Below the pieces are notes generated by a model. It was not told where the DNA came from. It saw only the letters and a list, made by a program, of their open reading frames with translations, and searched no databases. A stretch of DNA of 64,000 bases from Saccostrea cucullata. Lineage: Eukaryota. The position numbers and the translations under genes are program-made. The stretch lies in contig NW_026918357.1 of NCBI RefSeq assembly GCF_032062105.1, positions 62,001 to 126,000 of the forward strand, read 5' to 3'. Positions 63,301 through 64,000 of this stretch are shown here, piece after piece; the stretch's first letter is position 1; the number at the start of each line of letters is the position of its first letter.

Positions 63301-64000
63301 ACCTTGCCCACAAAAGTTGATCCAGTAAATGACATTTTGGTCACTAGAGGGCTCTCACATATGGTTTTTCCAACCTGGGCAGCATTGTTACGGGAACTGG
63401 TAACAACATTGAGCACACCTGCTGGAATTCCAGCCTCCTTGGCCAACTGTAAGAAATATACAAAGCTGTCAAAGAGGTCTATATATATGTTAATAATTTT
63501 TTTTTCGAATTATTCCTCTACTTGATCGACGTTATTATTGTATCAGTCCAATATGCCAGTCCATTTTCTTTCTCTTACTGAACAAGTGATCATAATGATT
63601 ACCATAATCTGGTGAAAAGGTAGAATTCATATGGCTGATTTATATGTATATTAGATAATTACATCATCAACTGCATACGACAGGAGACCCAGAACAGGTC
63701 AGATGTTAAATAACTGGTTCCCTTACTTAACATCAAAGAAAGCCAGTGCTGAATACAGCATGTAAATTGGTTCCCCTGCTTACATCACACAGCCAGTGCA
63801 GAGAACCAGAGCAGGTCAGATGTTAACTGGTTCCCCTACTTACATCACAGAGGGCCACCAGTTCTAAGTACGGCATTTTAACTGGTTCCCGTACTTACAT
63901 CACAGAGAGCCAGTGCTGAGTACGGCATTTTAACTGATTCCCCTACTTACATCACAGAGGGCCAGTGCTGAGTATGGTGTGTCCTCTGCTGGTTTCAGTA
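60321..64000 (-). CDS. ALDH5A1: Succinate-semialdehyde dehydrogenase, mitochondrial (3' portion; 5' exons outside window)
   Basis: Exons >64000-63951 ([16 protein letters not shown]), 63446-63303 ([10 protein letters not shown]), 63063-62920 ([24 protein letters not shown]), 62569-62411 (TCVCANR), 61974-61811 (EEIFGP), 61359-61301, 60529-60321 ([29 protein letters not shown]). These are SSADH-typical ALDH motifs. Confidence 0.93.
60553..61200. mobile_element. Short-TIR body + palindrome element filling the last SSADH intron
   Basis: TIR TATATTATTTTT / AAAAATAATATA (60553, ~61059). CTGATTGG at 60584. Perfect 33+1+33 palindrome at 61103-61169 with looser outer arms. Confidence 0.7.
63655..63975 (-). 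repeat. ~52-68-bp tandem repeat (~6 units) containing an SSADH exon end and 5' splice site
   Basis: Unit ..TACTCAGCACTGGCYCTCTGTGAT|GTAAGTAGGGGAACCAGTTA, with decay increasing into the intron. Confidence 0.88.

Overview
AT-rich, intron-rich animal genomic DNA. The repeat content points to an oyster-type bivalve (inference). I assembled four spliced protein-coding genes by hand from splice sites and reading-frame phase: (1) a minus-strand IL-17-receptor-like ectodomain gene (21325->6873, 8 exons, no TM or SEFIR exon found in the window); (2) a minus-strand cadherin with 13 repeats, a membrane-adjacent domain and a TM helix (40807->26138); (3) a plus-strand RBR (RING1-IBR-RING2) E3 ligase with a ~590-aa unrecognised N-terminus (47390->59188); (4) the 3' part of SSADH/ALDH5A1 (minus strand, >64000->60321). 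Introns and intergenic DNA are packed with non-autonomous Helentrons, MITEs, tRNA-SINEs and LINE/Penelope fragments. Four things stand out. First, three independent tandem repeats whose units contain an exon/intron junction, creating arrays of decoy splice sites. Second, a five-deep last-in-first-out nest of Helentrons. Third, four sequence-unrelated element families sharing one 'short-TIR body + outboard palindrome' architecture; one family forms an inverted pair around the catalytic RING2 exon. Fourth, a possibly secreted IL-17R decoy. Most short ORFs in the track are repeat artefacts. Coordinates were read by eye and may be off by a few bases.
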